Positions 1 to 8,558 of a stretch of 35,277 bases of DNA are shown here, piece after piece. How positions within the stretch are numbered: position 1 is the stretch's first letter; the number at the start of each line of letters is the position of its first letter. Source of the stretch: Candidatus Heimdallarchaeota archaeon (GTDB lineage: Archaea; Asgardarchaeota; Heimdallarchaeia; Heimdallarchaeales; Heimdallarchaeaceae); NCBI GenBank assembly GCA_021399345.1, contig JAAFKI010000053.1:1-35277 (forward strand), in the 5' to 3' direction. Below the pieces are notes generated by a model, which saw only the letters and a program-made list of their open reading frames with translations, made no database searches and was not told the DNA's origin. Both the position numbers and the translations under genes were made by a program.

Positions 1-403
1 CAATTTGGTGTTCAACTCTCTTAGAAACTCCCTGTAATGCATCCCGAATTCGATTGGTTTCTGTTGATGCATTTGTCAAATTCAAGTCATTGAAGTATGA
101 GAAAAATAAATTAAGGAAGAAAATATCCCCTCTGTTTTTTAGTAATGTTATCCCTGATCCCTGACTTTCTAAGTTTTCAATGGGTAAGGATGTAAGCTTT
201 AAACCTTCAAGAATGATATTCTTTTCAGTAAAACAGTCAGAAATATTAACATTTTTGAAAAGCTCAAGTAGCTGTTTCTTGATATTTATAGAAGAAATAG
301 CATCCTCTGTTTCCAAGGCTTCAAAGAAGTGAATTGGTAATTCTAATTCCTTTTCCATGATTTCACAAGCAAGAATATTGTAAATATTTCTCGTATCTTC
401 CAT
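1..403 (-). CDS. Partial hypothetical protein (runs off window edge); possibly longin-like
   Basis: Manual translation from ATG at 403: MEDTRNIYNILACEIMEKELELPIHFF...FFLNLFFSYFNDLNLTNASTETNRIRDALQGVSKRVEHQI, open to the edge. AAGGAG RBS upstream. Not in the ORF track. Confidence 0.75.
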   Translation of the reverse strand, partial: MEDTRNIYNILACEIMEKELELPIHFFEALETEDAISSINIKKQLLELFKNVNISDCFTEKNIILEGLKLTSLPIENLESQGSGITLLKNRGDIFFLNLFFSYFNDLNLTNASTETNRIRDALQGVSKRVEHQI

Positions 404-533
404 GCAGAATTCTCCTTATTTTCTACAGACGTTAAATTTTTTTAACTAGTTATAGTATAACATATATAGAATTGAAGAGTTTTTCAACTTTTACATAATT
501 TTCGTAAATTATTGTGAAAACTACAAAAAGAAG

Positions 534-1058
534 CTAATCTTCAGTGATTGAACCTCTTTTAATTGCGATTGTAGCAATTTTCTTGAAAGCTGTATATAGG
601 TTAACTTTGGCTTTAGCAGAGACCTCAAAATATACCGTATTGATGTTTTCAGCATATTGAGTTGCTTCTTCCTTTGAAACCTCTCTAGATTCCTCCAAAT
701 CTATTTTATTACCTATAATTACGACTGGAATATTACCAACAGTTTCCTTTAGTAATTCATGCCAAAAGTCTAGTTTGTTGAAACTTTCTTTTTTAGTTAT
801 ATCAAATACCAAAGCAGCAACAGCAGAACCCATGAAATAGGTAGGCAAGATAGGAAGGAACTTTTCTTGTGATCCCGAATCTCCTATTATTATCCTTATT
901 TCTTGACCCTCAATAGTGGTATTCCAAATAAGGAAATTGGCTCCTAAAGTAGGTTGATGAGAAATTGGAAAAGCGTCTTGAGCTTGTCTTAAAGCAATGG
1001 ATGTTTTTCCCACTCCTGGCTCTCCACAAAGTGAAACTTTGAAGCTCGATTCGGTCAT
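534..1058 (-). CDS. Rab-like small GTPase (Ras superfamily)
   Basis: G1 GEPGVGKTS, G2 PTLG, G3-like DSGSQE, G4 NKID, G5 EVSAK. No C-terminal prenylation cysteines. Confidence 0.93.
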   Translation of the reverse strand: MTESSFKVSLCGEPGVGKTSIALRQAQDAFPISHQPTLGANFLIWNTTIEGQEIRIIIGDSGSQEKFLPILPTYFMGSAVAALVFDITKKESFNKLDFWHELLKETVGNIPVVIIGNKIDLEESREVSKEEATQYAENINTVYFEVSAKAKVNLYTAFKKIATIAIKRGSITED

Positions 1059-1161
1059 TACTTCTAAACATCTCTTTTTCTTACTTTAAAGCATTATTAT
1101 AATCCTAAAGGAGAAAAAGAAAACCATTTATACAGATATTAAAATCACTAGTTGACTGAGT

Positions 1162-1347
1162 ATGTCTGAAAGAGAACAATGCGGAGATTTTGAAATTTAC
1201 CTTGACAACGAGGACTGGTGGGTAATCAAGAATTCAATTTCAGGTACTATTTTAGGTAAATTTTTGAAGAAAGAAGATGCTCTGGATAAAATCGCTGCAT
1301 TCCTTCAGAGTGATGAAGAAAGAACCGAATCCGAATCAGTTTGTTGA
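1162..1347 (+). CDS. Small acidic hypothetical protein (61 aa), coupled to the radical SAM gene
   Basis: ATG start and protein-like composition; stop lies 5 nt before the ATG of the next gene. Confidence 0.6.
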   Translation: MSEREQCGDFEIYLDNEDWWVIKNSISGTILGKFLKKEDALDKIAAFLQSDEERTESESVC

Positions 1348-1352
1348 GAAAG

Positions 1353-2792
1353 ATGAATTTAAATGACTCATGCTTTCGAATAATTAACAAGAACAACAGA
1401 TGCCTCTTGTTAGATTGTTCAACTCAGATTTTCTGGATTTTAGAACCAAACTCAATTCCAAAGGAGCTCTTTAATCAACAGTTGAATTTACAAGTTTTAG
1501 AGAAGAAAATTTTGAGATCTGATAATTCCTATTTGCAAAATTTAAAAGAAAATGTTGAACTCTTAAGAAAATTGAATTTCTTTATTCCGTTGGAGGGAAG
1601 TATCCAGGAAAATAAATCTCATCAAAGTTCAGATATAACTCAGATTTATGTGAATCCATCTTTGGACTGCAATTTGAACTGTTGGTTTTGCTACGCAAAA
1701 GATACAAGAAAGAAGAACAATTCAAAATTAGATTTTGAAGATATAAGCAAAGTAATTCTACAAATTCTGGATTATAAGAAAGAAAACAATTTCTCAGATT
1801 CTATCGGCTTTTCCATTGGTTTTACTGAAGAGTTAACACTCAATTTTCAACTTTTTAAGCGAATTAAAAGTTTTATAGATAAAATAAAGAACCAATACGA
1901 ATTCTCTATATTCCTTTTTTTACCTTCAACAAATTTAATGCAAGTTACAGAGGAGTATGTAGATTTTATCAATAATTACAGGCATCTTACTGTTTCTATT
2001 GATTTAGACAACAAGAATCAAGTTAACAATGTAGTTCAAAACTTGGAGAAATTCAATAGAGATGTTGAAAAACACTTGATCATACCTATTCATTCAAAAA
2101 TCGAAAATATCTATGACATATACACTAGGTTCTCAAATCATTTTGATTATATCTCTTTGAGACCTGTAAGAGTTAAAATAAATTCCAAATATCCCTGGAC
2201 ATTAGAAACACTAGGCAATATTAAGCTGGAAATTTCTAAACTATTTAATAAGCTGCTCTCATTGGATGATGCGAATCTTCTTTCATTTTTTGAAAAAATC
2301 GGCCCAACTGATTATTTTGTGCGATATTTTCATCGGATTATTGAAAGGCAGAAGCTTAATGAAAGATGTCTTGCTGGGAAAACTGCATATGCGATAAATT
2401 CGGTTTTGGAAATATCTCCATGTTCAAGTTTGTCTGATTTTGATGGTTTATCTGTTGAAATCTCTGACTTCAATATTCAAGATACACTTGAAAAATTGAG
2501 AAAAAAAATACCTAATTACAAAGAATCAGAGTGCTCAACCTGTTATATTCAAAGTTATTGTGGTGGTCCTTGTATAGATTGGGTAGTTAAATTAGATGAA
2601 CAAAATCTACTTCATCCAAATAAAATAGAATGTGACTTTAACAAGCACATTGTGGACGAAACTCTATTTTTCATCTCTGATTTGATTGAAAATAGGAAAA
2701 AATTATTTGATTTAATTATCAAAGAAAGAAAATTGAGGAATAGATTAAACTACCCCTTGGATTTTAGTCAGTTTTCGAAGTTTTTTAGTTGA
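1353..2792 (+). CDS. Radical SAM/SPASM-domain protein (peptide/protein maturase type)
   Basis: CNLNCWFC (CX3CX2C); SPASM cysteines CLAG...SPC...CSTC...YCGGPC...C; N-terminal extension. ATG at 1353 preferred over TTG at 1341. Confidence 0.88.
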   Translation: MNLNDSCFRIINKNNRCLLLDCSTQIFWILEPNSIPKELFNQQLNLQVLEKKILRSDNSYLQNLKENVELLRKLNFFIPLEGSIQENKSHQSSDITQIYVNPSLDCNLNCWFCYAKDTRKKNNSKLDFEDISKVILQILDYKKENNFSDSIGFSIGFTEELTLNFQLFKRIKSFIDKIKNQYEFSIFLFLPSTNLMQVTEEYVDFINNYRHLTVSIDLDNKNQVNNVVQNLEKFNRDVEKHLIIPIHSKIENIYDIYTRFSNHFDYISLRPVRVKINSKYPWTLETLGNIKLEISKLFNKLLSLDDANLLSFFEKIGPTDYFVRYFHRIIERQKLNERCLAGKTAYAINSVLEISPCSSLSDFDGLSVEISDFNIQDTLEKLRKKIPNYKESECSTCYIQSYCGGPCIDWVVKLDEQNLLHPNKIECDFNKHIVDETLFFISDLIENRKKLFDLIIKERKLRNRLNYPLDFSQFSKFFS

Positions 2793-2842
2793 ATTCAAAA
2801 AAGCGTAAACTTAACTATTTAGAATCCTATATATAATAACAA

Positions 2843-3014
2843 ATGTTCGTTCCACCAAGAAGACATCATCATCAACAAAACTGCACAATTTGCAATCAAC
2901 AACAGATAATTTCTTCTTCCCTAGGTGTCTGTAAATCATGCAGAGAGATGCTATGAAGTGGCTTCAAGACATCTCAATCAAGTTAATATTGGAAATAAGC
3001 ACTTACTTAGATAA
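2843..3014 (+). pseudogene. Internally deleted remnant of an archaeal PflA-like (COG1180-type) radical SAM gene
   Basis: Frame A, 2843-2956: MFVPPRRHHHQQNCTICNQQQIISSSLGVCKSCREML*. Frame B, 2937-3014: HAERCYEVASRHLNQVNIGNKHLLR*. These resemble the N- and C-termini of that family as I recall them. Confidence 0.7.
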
Positions 3015-3065
3015 TAGCAATTAATAACAAAGGTTTAAATTTAATATTCTAGTGTTTGTTTTGAT

Positions 3066-3266
3066 ATGGATTCTCCTATAATGTTGATCTTAGGTATAGG
3101 ATTATTAACTGTGATTTTAGTATTTTTTGCTCTTCTAGTAATTTTGAAGATCTTAAATTCTGGGATTGAACATTATTGGAAAATTTCTCTTATTATTTTG
3201 ATCATCGCGGCTCTTGTAGGTGCGGGTGTTGGTTTTTTCTTTTTGATCATTAATATTTTTTTGTGA
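3066..3266 (+). CDS. Small two-TM membrane protein
   Basis: Two hydrophobic helices; TATA-like TTTAAA upstream. Confidence 0.7.
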   Translation: MDSPIMLILGIGLLTVILVFFALLVILKILNSGIEHYWKISLIILIIAALVGAGVGFFFLIINIFL

Positions 3267-3284
3267 TCTTCTTGAATTTTTAAT

Positions 3285-3716
3285 CTAAACAATAAGAAAG
3301 AAATGACTTTGGCACAAACTACAATCACTGTTACCTACTCCATTGATAGGTATAATGTTTTTAATTGATGAGAACATGGATGCAATTTGGCATTCATTCT
3401 TTTTCTCTAGGGAAACTCCTATTCCTTCAATTTGTGTTTTTTTTGATTTTGTAACCTGATCAATGTGCCAATGTTTTTTCTTTGTTTTTCTCAAATGTCT
3501 ATGTAATCTAGACGATAACCCACCTGCGCCAAATGCACTTCCAATATAAATATAATAACCCGGTTGCAACTTTACATCTCTCTTTCTAATTTCAATAGAA
3601 ATTTCTGCTTTGATTCTGATGAATAGAATGTAGGTTCCTTGTAAACCTGTTGTAAAATTAATGACTGGACCGGGATTAATATCTATCCCTCTTCTAATTC
3701 TAGCGCTTTCTCCCAA
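3285..3716 (-). CDS. GIY-YIG (Uri/DUF123, COG1833) endonuclease family protein
   Basis: GTYIL...GYYIYIGSA...RLHRH...HWHID...EC...GNSDCSLCQSHF. Start codon uncertain. Confidence 0.88.
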   Translation of the reverse strand: MGESARIRRGIDINPGPVINFTTGLQGTYILFIRIKAEISIEIRKRDVKLQPGYYIYIGSAFGAGGLSSRLHRHLRKTKKKHWHIDQVTKSKKTQIEGIGVSLEKKNECQIASMFSSIKNIIPINGVGNSDCSLCQSHFFLIV

Positions 3717-4720
3717 TAATCTAGTGCTCTTTCTTCTTCTCCAAGATCTTCTGAAATATCTCCAAGCATTCTATATAATCTGGCTTCTGTTTTGCTATAT
3801 CGCAATGCATCTTCTAGATAGGCGTTTGCTTTATCATAGTCTTTCGATGCCCAGGAAAGAGAAGCGAGTGACATTGATGCTTCTAAGAAAGATGAATCTC
3901 TGCTTAAACATTCTTCATAATACCGTATGGCCTCTTCAATATTAGCTAAGGAAGCATAGATGTTTGCCAAATTAAAAAATCCTTGCACATTATCAGGATC
4001 CAATTCAATAACTTTTGAGAAGGAATCTATTGCTTGTATAAAATCTTGTTTTGCTTCCAAAGTCTTCCCTAGTTGAAACCAGGCTTGCAAATTTTCTTCA
4101 TTGATTTTAGTTACTGATCGAAAATAATCTTCAGCTCTGTCATAATTATCTAGATCTAAATAAGTATCTCCAATTTGCATGAGAATTTTTTCATTTTTTG
4201 GGTCGAGTTGCTCAGCTTTCATTAGATTGTTCCAGCTCTCAATTTCGTTTCCCATCTTCTTGTAAATGGTTGACAAAATACTATAGACATCTATATTTTC
4301 TTCATATTCAAGGAAATTTGTAAATGCCTTAGTTGCATCAAAATATTCCCCTATTTCATAATATAAGTCTCCAATCTTATTCCAGAGAAGGTATCGTTTA
4401 GGATCTAATTCGCATATTTTCTTCCATGAAATGAGAACCTGATTCCAGTTCTTCAAACTATAATAGACATCTCCTAGAATCTCTAATGTTTCTAGATTTT
4501 CAGGATTGATTTCAATTGATCGATTAAGATAATTGATAGTAAGTTGTGAATTACCAGTTAGATGATAGATTTTTGCAATGAAATTTAGAAATGTAACTTC
4601 ATTTTCATAATGAGAAACTTGTTTCTCCAAAAGCTTAATAGCTTCCGCAATCTTGTCTTGATCAATCAATCTTTCGACTTCATCAAAGATAGCGTTTAAA
4701 TCATTTTTCTCAAGCATCAA
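3683..4720 (-). CDS. Tetratricopeptide-repeat protein
   Basis: Multiple ~34-aa TPR units, e.g. AWFQLGKTLEAKQDFIQAIDSFSKVIELDPDN. Confidence 0.92.
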   Translation of the reverse strand: MMLEKNDLNAIFDEVERLIDQDKIAEAIKLLEKQVSHYENEVTFLNFIAKIYHLTGNSQLTINYLNRSIEINPENLETLEILGDVYYSLKNWNQVLISWKKICELDPKRYLLWNKIGDLYYEIGEYFDATKAFTNFLEYEENIDVYSILSTIYKKMGNEIESWNNLMKAEQLDPKNEKILMQIGDTYLDLDNYDRAEDYFRSVTKINEENLQAWFQLGKTLEAKQDFIQAIDSFSKVIELDPDNVQGFFNLANIYASLANIEEAIRYYEECLSRDSSFLEASMSLASLSWASKDYDKANAYLEDALRYSKTEARLYRMLGDISEDLGEEERALDYWEKALELEEG

Positions 4721-4822
4721 TATTTAAACAGAAATCTTCCCTTAAGAATATTGCGAAATAATATTTTCCTTGGAACAGAAACACAGAAAATTTTAAGTTC
4801 AACATTGGATTCAGTATTATAG

Positions 4823-5716
4823 ATGTTTCAGGTTATAGCTAAAAGGGATGATGAAGTAGGATATCAGATATCAATTTCAGATTTACCTGCTGAATTATCA
4901 AAGGATTCTATCGTTTTCATGCCTGAACTGTCTACAAAACAACAACACACAAAATATGTTTCTAAATATACTCATACAACGGGTAATGTAATTGTGAAAC
5001 TTGTTAGAAGTGATGGCTTTGATCCTTTCGGAAGGCCAAAGTCATTATCTCACAGCTTGGTAATTCCATCGGAAGAATATAACACCAATTCTTTACTTTA
5101 TTACACTTCTCCTCTTTATCTCACACAGTTGTTCGATGATATTAATCAAGAGGACAAAATTATCTCTCCCGACACATTCAAAAATACGGGAAATAAAATT
5201 CTGGAAAAAATTGATATAACTCTACTGAGGGAAATAATTGTAGCTGTTATGATTGAGCCTAAAGTTACTCTTCTGCCAAATTTAGATGTATTGGGTGTTC
5301 TTGAGCTCTCAAGTTTAATCGACAAAGTTATTCCTTTTGAAGCTTCTTATGACTTTTCACTAATAACTTACTCAGACAAAAGTTGCAATAAATTCCTTGT
5401 TCATAATGTGCTATATTTCTTTGGCAAGGATCAGAAGATTAAGGGAGGAATCAGCTTAAGAAATGTTGGTTCCAAAGTTAGGAAAATAGCTAAAGAAGAA
5501 TCTAGTTATCTTGACCATTTCATTGAAATGATTATCCAAGAAGAGTATGAACAAATCTTGGAAGAACATGCAAAATGGGTAATTGGGAAATATTATAATG
5601 ATCACAAAGATTTACAGAAGTTGTTTACCAGAAGATATCAACTAGATATCCCCTTCTCAAGACGAAACAAGTTTCATGCTCGACTTGTTAAATCTCTAGC
5701 TTCATTCTATAATTAA
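4823..5716 (+). CDS. Hypothetical protein, GAP1-N/M-like or DENN-like
   Basis: 297-aa ORF with DPFGRPKSLSHSLVI and IPFEASYDFSLITYS motifs. The CDS is secure; the function is tentative. Confidence 0.55.
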   Translation: MFQVIAKRDDEVGYQISISDLPAELSKDSIVFMPELSTKQQHTKYVSKYTHTTGNVIVKLVRSDGFDPFGRPKSLSHSLVIPSEEYNTNSLLYYTSPLYLTQLFDDINQEDKIISPDTFKNTGNKILEKIDITLLREIIVAVMIEPKVTLLPNLDVLGVLELSSLIDKVIPFEASYDFSLITYSDKSCNKFLVHNVLYFFGKDQKIKGGISLRNVGSKVRKIAKEESSYLDHFIEMIIQEEYEQILEEHAKWVIGKYYNDHKDLQKLFTRRYQLDIPFSRRNKFHARLVKSLASFYN

Positions 5717-5792
5717 TCTCTTTGCTAATCTATATACTCTCTTTCGAAAATCCTTACAGAATCTACTTGAAAAAAATGTTTTAGATAAAGGT

Positions 5793-5825
5793 AAAAGGAA
5801 AAAAATCTTTGCAGGAAAAGCAAAG
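5793..5825 (-). terminator. Hairpin plus T-tract terminator of the sulfur-relay operon
   Basis: Minus strand reads CTTTGC-ttttcct-GCAAAG followed by ATTTTTTTCCTTTT. Confidence 0.55.
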
Positions 5826-5865
5826 GACTTAGGTTCTGTTTCTGAAGCAGATACCCTTCTTGTTT

Positions 5866-6285
5866 TTATTTAGGTGAGTATTTTTTTCGTACTTCTTCGA
5901 AAACTTCTTTACATTTTTTCTCTGTTAAATTAGAAATTGCAATTTCCATGTTGTGACTTATTTTGTTTATTAGTTCCATTAATTTTGTCTTAAGTTCTTC
6001 AACAGACATGCTAGAGTAAAGATATTTGAAACCTCCTCTCTCCAGGTTTATCTTTGTTTTTCGAACAACACCAATACCCATCAATCTCTGTATAGATCTT
6101 GAGATTGTAGCCCTGTCTTTTGGGATGATTTCAGCAATTCCCTTTATATCAACAGGTTGGATGTTCTTTATACACATCATAATTTCTAATTCATTTTCAG
6201 ATAACGCGTAAGCTGCTTTGATAATTTCAAAGCATGTAATTTCTTGAGATTCAAAGGAAGAAAGAGGGAAGGTCATTGTAATCAA
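5866..6285 (-). CDS. HTH transcriptional regulator (COG3355/TrmB-like)
   Basis: wHTH: IAEIIPKDRATISRSIQRLMGIGVV...GGFKYLY. ATG at 6276 is an alternative start. Confidence 0.85.
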   Translation of the reverse strand: MITMTFPLSSFESQEITCFEIIKAAYALSENELEIMMCIKNIQPVDIKGIAEIIPKDRATISRSIQRLMGIGVVRKTKINLERGGFKYLYSSMSVEELKTKLMELINKISHNMEIAISNLTEKKCKEVFEEVRKKYSPK

Positions 6286-6286
6286 C

Positions 6287-6667
6287 TCAGAAAGTATATG
6301 TTACGTCAGCTTCTAAAGATTCTGTCATCAAGTACATTCCGCCTACAATATCATCGACTTCATCAATAAAATCTTCGCGAGTAAGGTTGTACATATCTAA
6401 AACTGGACTGCAGACAAATATTTTAACTCCAGCTTCTTTTGCTTCCTGAATGGTTTCAAGAAGAGTATTCTCTTTCCCAATTGCTTTTAGCTTGTCAGGT
6501 ACTCCTTTCTTCAAAAGTAAACCAGCTGCCATAGTATAGATTATCTTAGCATCTGCTTCGAGTAAAGCTGCTAAGGTCGCTAAATGAAGAGGGGGTTCTA
6601 ATCTGTCTTTGAACTCTTCTCCATGAGTTACTACAAAAATAACTTTTTGAGTTGACAAGATTACCAC
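6287..6667 (-). CDS. DsrE/DsrF-like sulfur relay protein
   Basis: VIFVVTHG...AKEAGVKIFVCS...IVGG. Confidence 0.85.
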   Translation of the reverse strand: MVILSTQKVIFVVTHGEEFKDRLEPPLHLATLAALLEADAKIIYTMAAGLLLKKGVPDKLKAIGKENTLLETIQEAKEAGVKIFVCSPVLDMYNLTREDFIDEVDDIVGGMYLMTESLEADVTYTF

Positions 6668-7141
6668 CTAAATATACAAAGTAATGTCGGCATCAGAAGC
6701 GAATTCTAGCATAGCTGCAGCGCCACCAACTTCACACTCATCAATGAGGTGTTTTCGCTTGATCTTCATGACATCCATTGTCATTTGACATGCAATTAGT
6801 TTGACACCTGCTTCAATTGATAAATCCATTAGCTCTTGAAGTTTTGCAACATTTGCACCTTTCATCCAGCTTTTCATCATTGCTGTAGCCACATCAGTCA
6901 TACCTGGTAACATACCAACTATTTGTGGTATTGGCATTGGCATTGCTGTTTCTCCAGCAGGAGTTACTTTCAATTTATTCAATTTATTCTTCTTTAACAT
7001 ATTTAAGCCAAAGAAAGTAAAGAAGATACCTACTTCATAATCCATTGCAGCAGCAGTTGAAGCTAATATAAGTGGAGGATAAGCTCCAGGAATATCAGCT
7101 TTTGAAGCTATAATGGCTAATTTTTTCTTTTTTTCTGACAT
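6668..7141 (-). CDS. DsrE2 (DrsE/DsrE/F-like) sulfur carrier
   Basis: AYPPLILASTAAAM...FFTFFGL...GVKLIACQMTMDVM...GGAA. Confidence 0.92.
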   Translation of the reverse strand: MSEKKKKLAIIASKADIPGAYPPLILASTAAAMDYEVGIFFTFFGLNMLKKNKLNKLKVTPAGETAMPMPIPQIVGMLPGMTDVATAMMKSWMKGANVAKLQELMDLSIEAGVKLIACQMTMDVMKIKRKHLIDECEVGGAAAMLEFASDADITLYI

Positions 7142-7154
7142 ATTTTATTCCTCT

Positions 7155-7403
7155 TTATTTTGTTTTTTTGATTATATAGCGAAAAATCCCGTTTTCAGCA
7201 GATTGATCTGCTAATTCATGTCCTGTAGAATTAGTCCAAGCTTTGAAGTCTGCAACTGATCCAGGATCTGTAGAAAGAACTTCTAAAAACTCTCCAATTT
7301 CAATATCTGCTATTGCTTTTTTTGTTTTCAATATAGGCAGAGGACAACTAAGATTCTTTGCATCTAGTGTTTTTGCGATTTTTATTTCTGACATTTTTTT
7401 CAC
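7155..7403 (-). CDS. tusA: Sulfurtransferase TusA family protein
   Basis: LDAKNLSCPLP...TDPGSVADF. Confidence 0.93.
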   Translation of the reverse strand: MKKMSEIKIAKTLDAKNLSCPLPILKTKKAIADIEIGEFLEVLSTDPGSVADFKAWTNSTGHELADQSAENGIFRYIIKKTK

Positions 7404-7404
7404 C

Positions 7405-8547
7405 TTACAAATAGCCTTTAATTAAAGCTTTAAAATATATAATTTTGAATGATTTTTTGAATAGTCCATATAGAAATAAGTTGTGTAAACCAATTTTTAA
7501 TGGCGGATATTTATAGCTGAATACTAACAATAACGATCGACGAAATGATGTTACAACAAAACATACAGTAAAGCCACTATATTTCTTGGTTGGTTCCTTA
7601 CCTTTCAATTCAAGCATCAGATTTTTTATTAATGCTGCAGATGCAAAATGAGCAGCTGCTCCTGATTTGGAAATTGGTAGATTTGTGCAGTCACCAATGG
7701 CATACATATTGTCATGATCGTTTACTTTGAGAGTAAATTTATCTGCAGAAACAAAACCTTCTCTATCTCCTAAACCAGATTCAATAATTAATTTGTGACC
7801 TTTATGCGGTGGTATAAGCACCAACAGATCATAATCAAATTCTTCTCCTTCTAGTGAAATGATTTTACGATTGTTTTTATCAACAGACTCATAATTGAAA
7901 AATTCACCAAATTCGATTCCTCGTTCATCAAAGTTCTTTTGAACTTTTTCAGATACTCGAGGTTCAGGGTATGGACGCATAAGTGGATACAAATATTTTA
8001 TCGTTGTTTTATCTCGTATGTTATTTTGTCGTAGAAATTTTTCTAGTACGAAAGTAAATTCAGCGGGAGCTGGAGGGCATTTATATGGTACTGTAGTTGG
8101 AGATATTACAATTGTACCTCCTTTGAAGTTCTTTAGAGCTTCTCGGAGCTTTATTGTTGCATCTAATAAGTAGAAATGATGTATATTCTCATCATCATAG
8201 GCATTGACACTCTCTACATCCATTTTAGCACCTGTAGCTAAAACAATATAATCATAATGAAGAGTATCTCCGTTTGCTAAAGCGATAGTTCTCTTTTCTG
8301 AATCAATTTTTAATGCTGTGGTACGTAACCAGTTTACTTTGCCGCTTAGAACTTTGTTCATAGGTTTGATGAATTTTGATTGTGGAGTGTTTTGAAATCC
8401 CAAAAAAACGAATTGAGGTTCATAAACATTGATTTCTTTTGGTTCTATTAGAATAACTTTGGCATCTTTTCTGCGCAACTTCTTTGCTAATTTATTCGCA
8501 ACTGAAATTCCAGCGAAGCCTCCCCCAACAATAACGATAGTTTTCAT
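7405..8547 (-). CDS. sqr: Sulfide:quinone oxidoreductase-like FAD-dependent oxidoreductase
   Basis: GGGFAG FAD motif, LATG, YKCPPAP, YAIGD, C-terminal Cys (TVCF). Confidence 0.85.
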   Translation of the reverse strand: MKTIVIVGGGFAGISVANKLAKKLRRKDAKVILIEPKEINVYEPQFVFLGFQNTPQSKFIKPMNKVLSGKVNWLRTTALKIDSEKRTIALANGDTLHYDYIVLATGAKMDVESVNAYDDENIHHFYLLDATIKLREALKNFKGGTIVISPTTVPYKCPPAPAEFTFVLEKFLRQNNIRDKTTIKYLYPLMRPYPEPRVSEKVQKNFDERGIEFGEFFNYESVDKNNRKIISLEGEEFDYDLLVLIPPHKGHKLIIESGLGDREGFVSADKFTLKVNDHDNMYAIGDCTNLPISKSGAAAHFASAALIKNLMLELKGKEPTKKYSGFTVCFVVTSFRRSLLLVFSYKYPPLKIGLHNLFLYGLFKKSFKIIYFKALIKGYL

Positions 8548-8558
8548 TTATTATTCCT

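Noticed and set aside
1339-1362. Selenocysteine readthrough of the 61-aa ORF (..VC-UGA-ER-UGA)
   Set aside because: No SECIS recognised; the second UGA is simply part of the next gene's start (ATGA).
2843-2956. 37-aa Cys/His peptide as the RiPP precursor of the SPASM enzyme
   Set aside because: Better explained as the N-terminus of an internally deleted rSAM gene, because the matching C-terminus lies in the next frame.
3661-3945. 94-aa plus-strand ORF
   Set aside because: Antisense shadow of the TPR and GIY-YIG genes.
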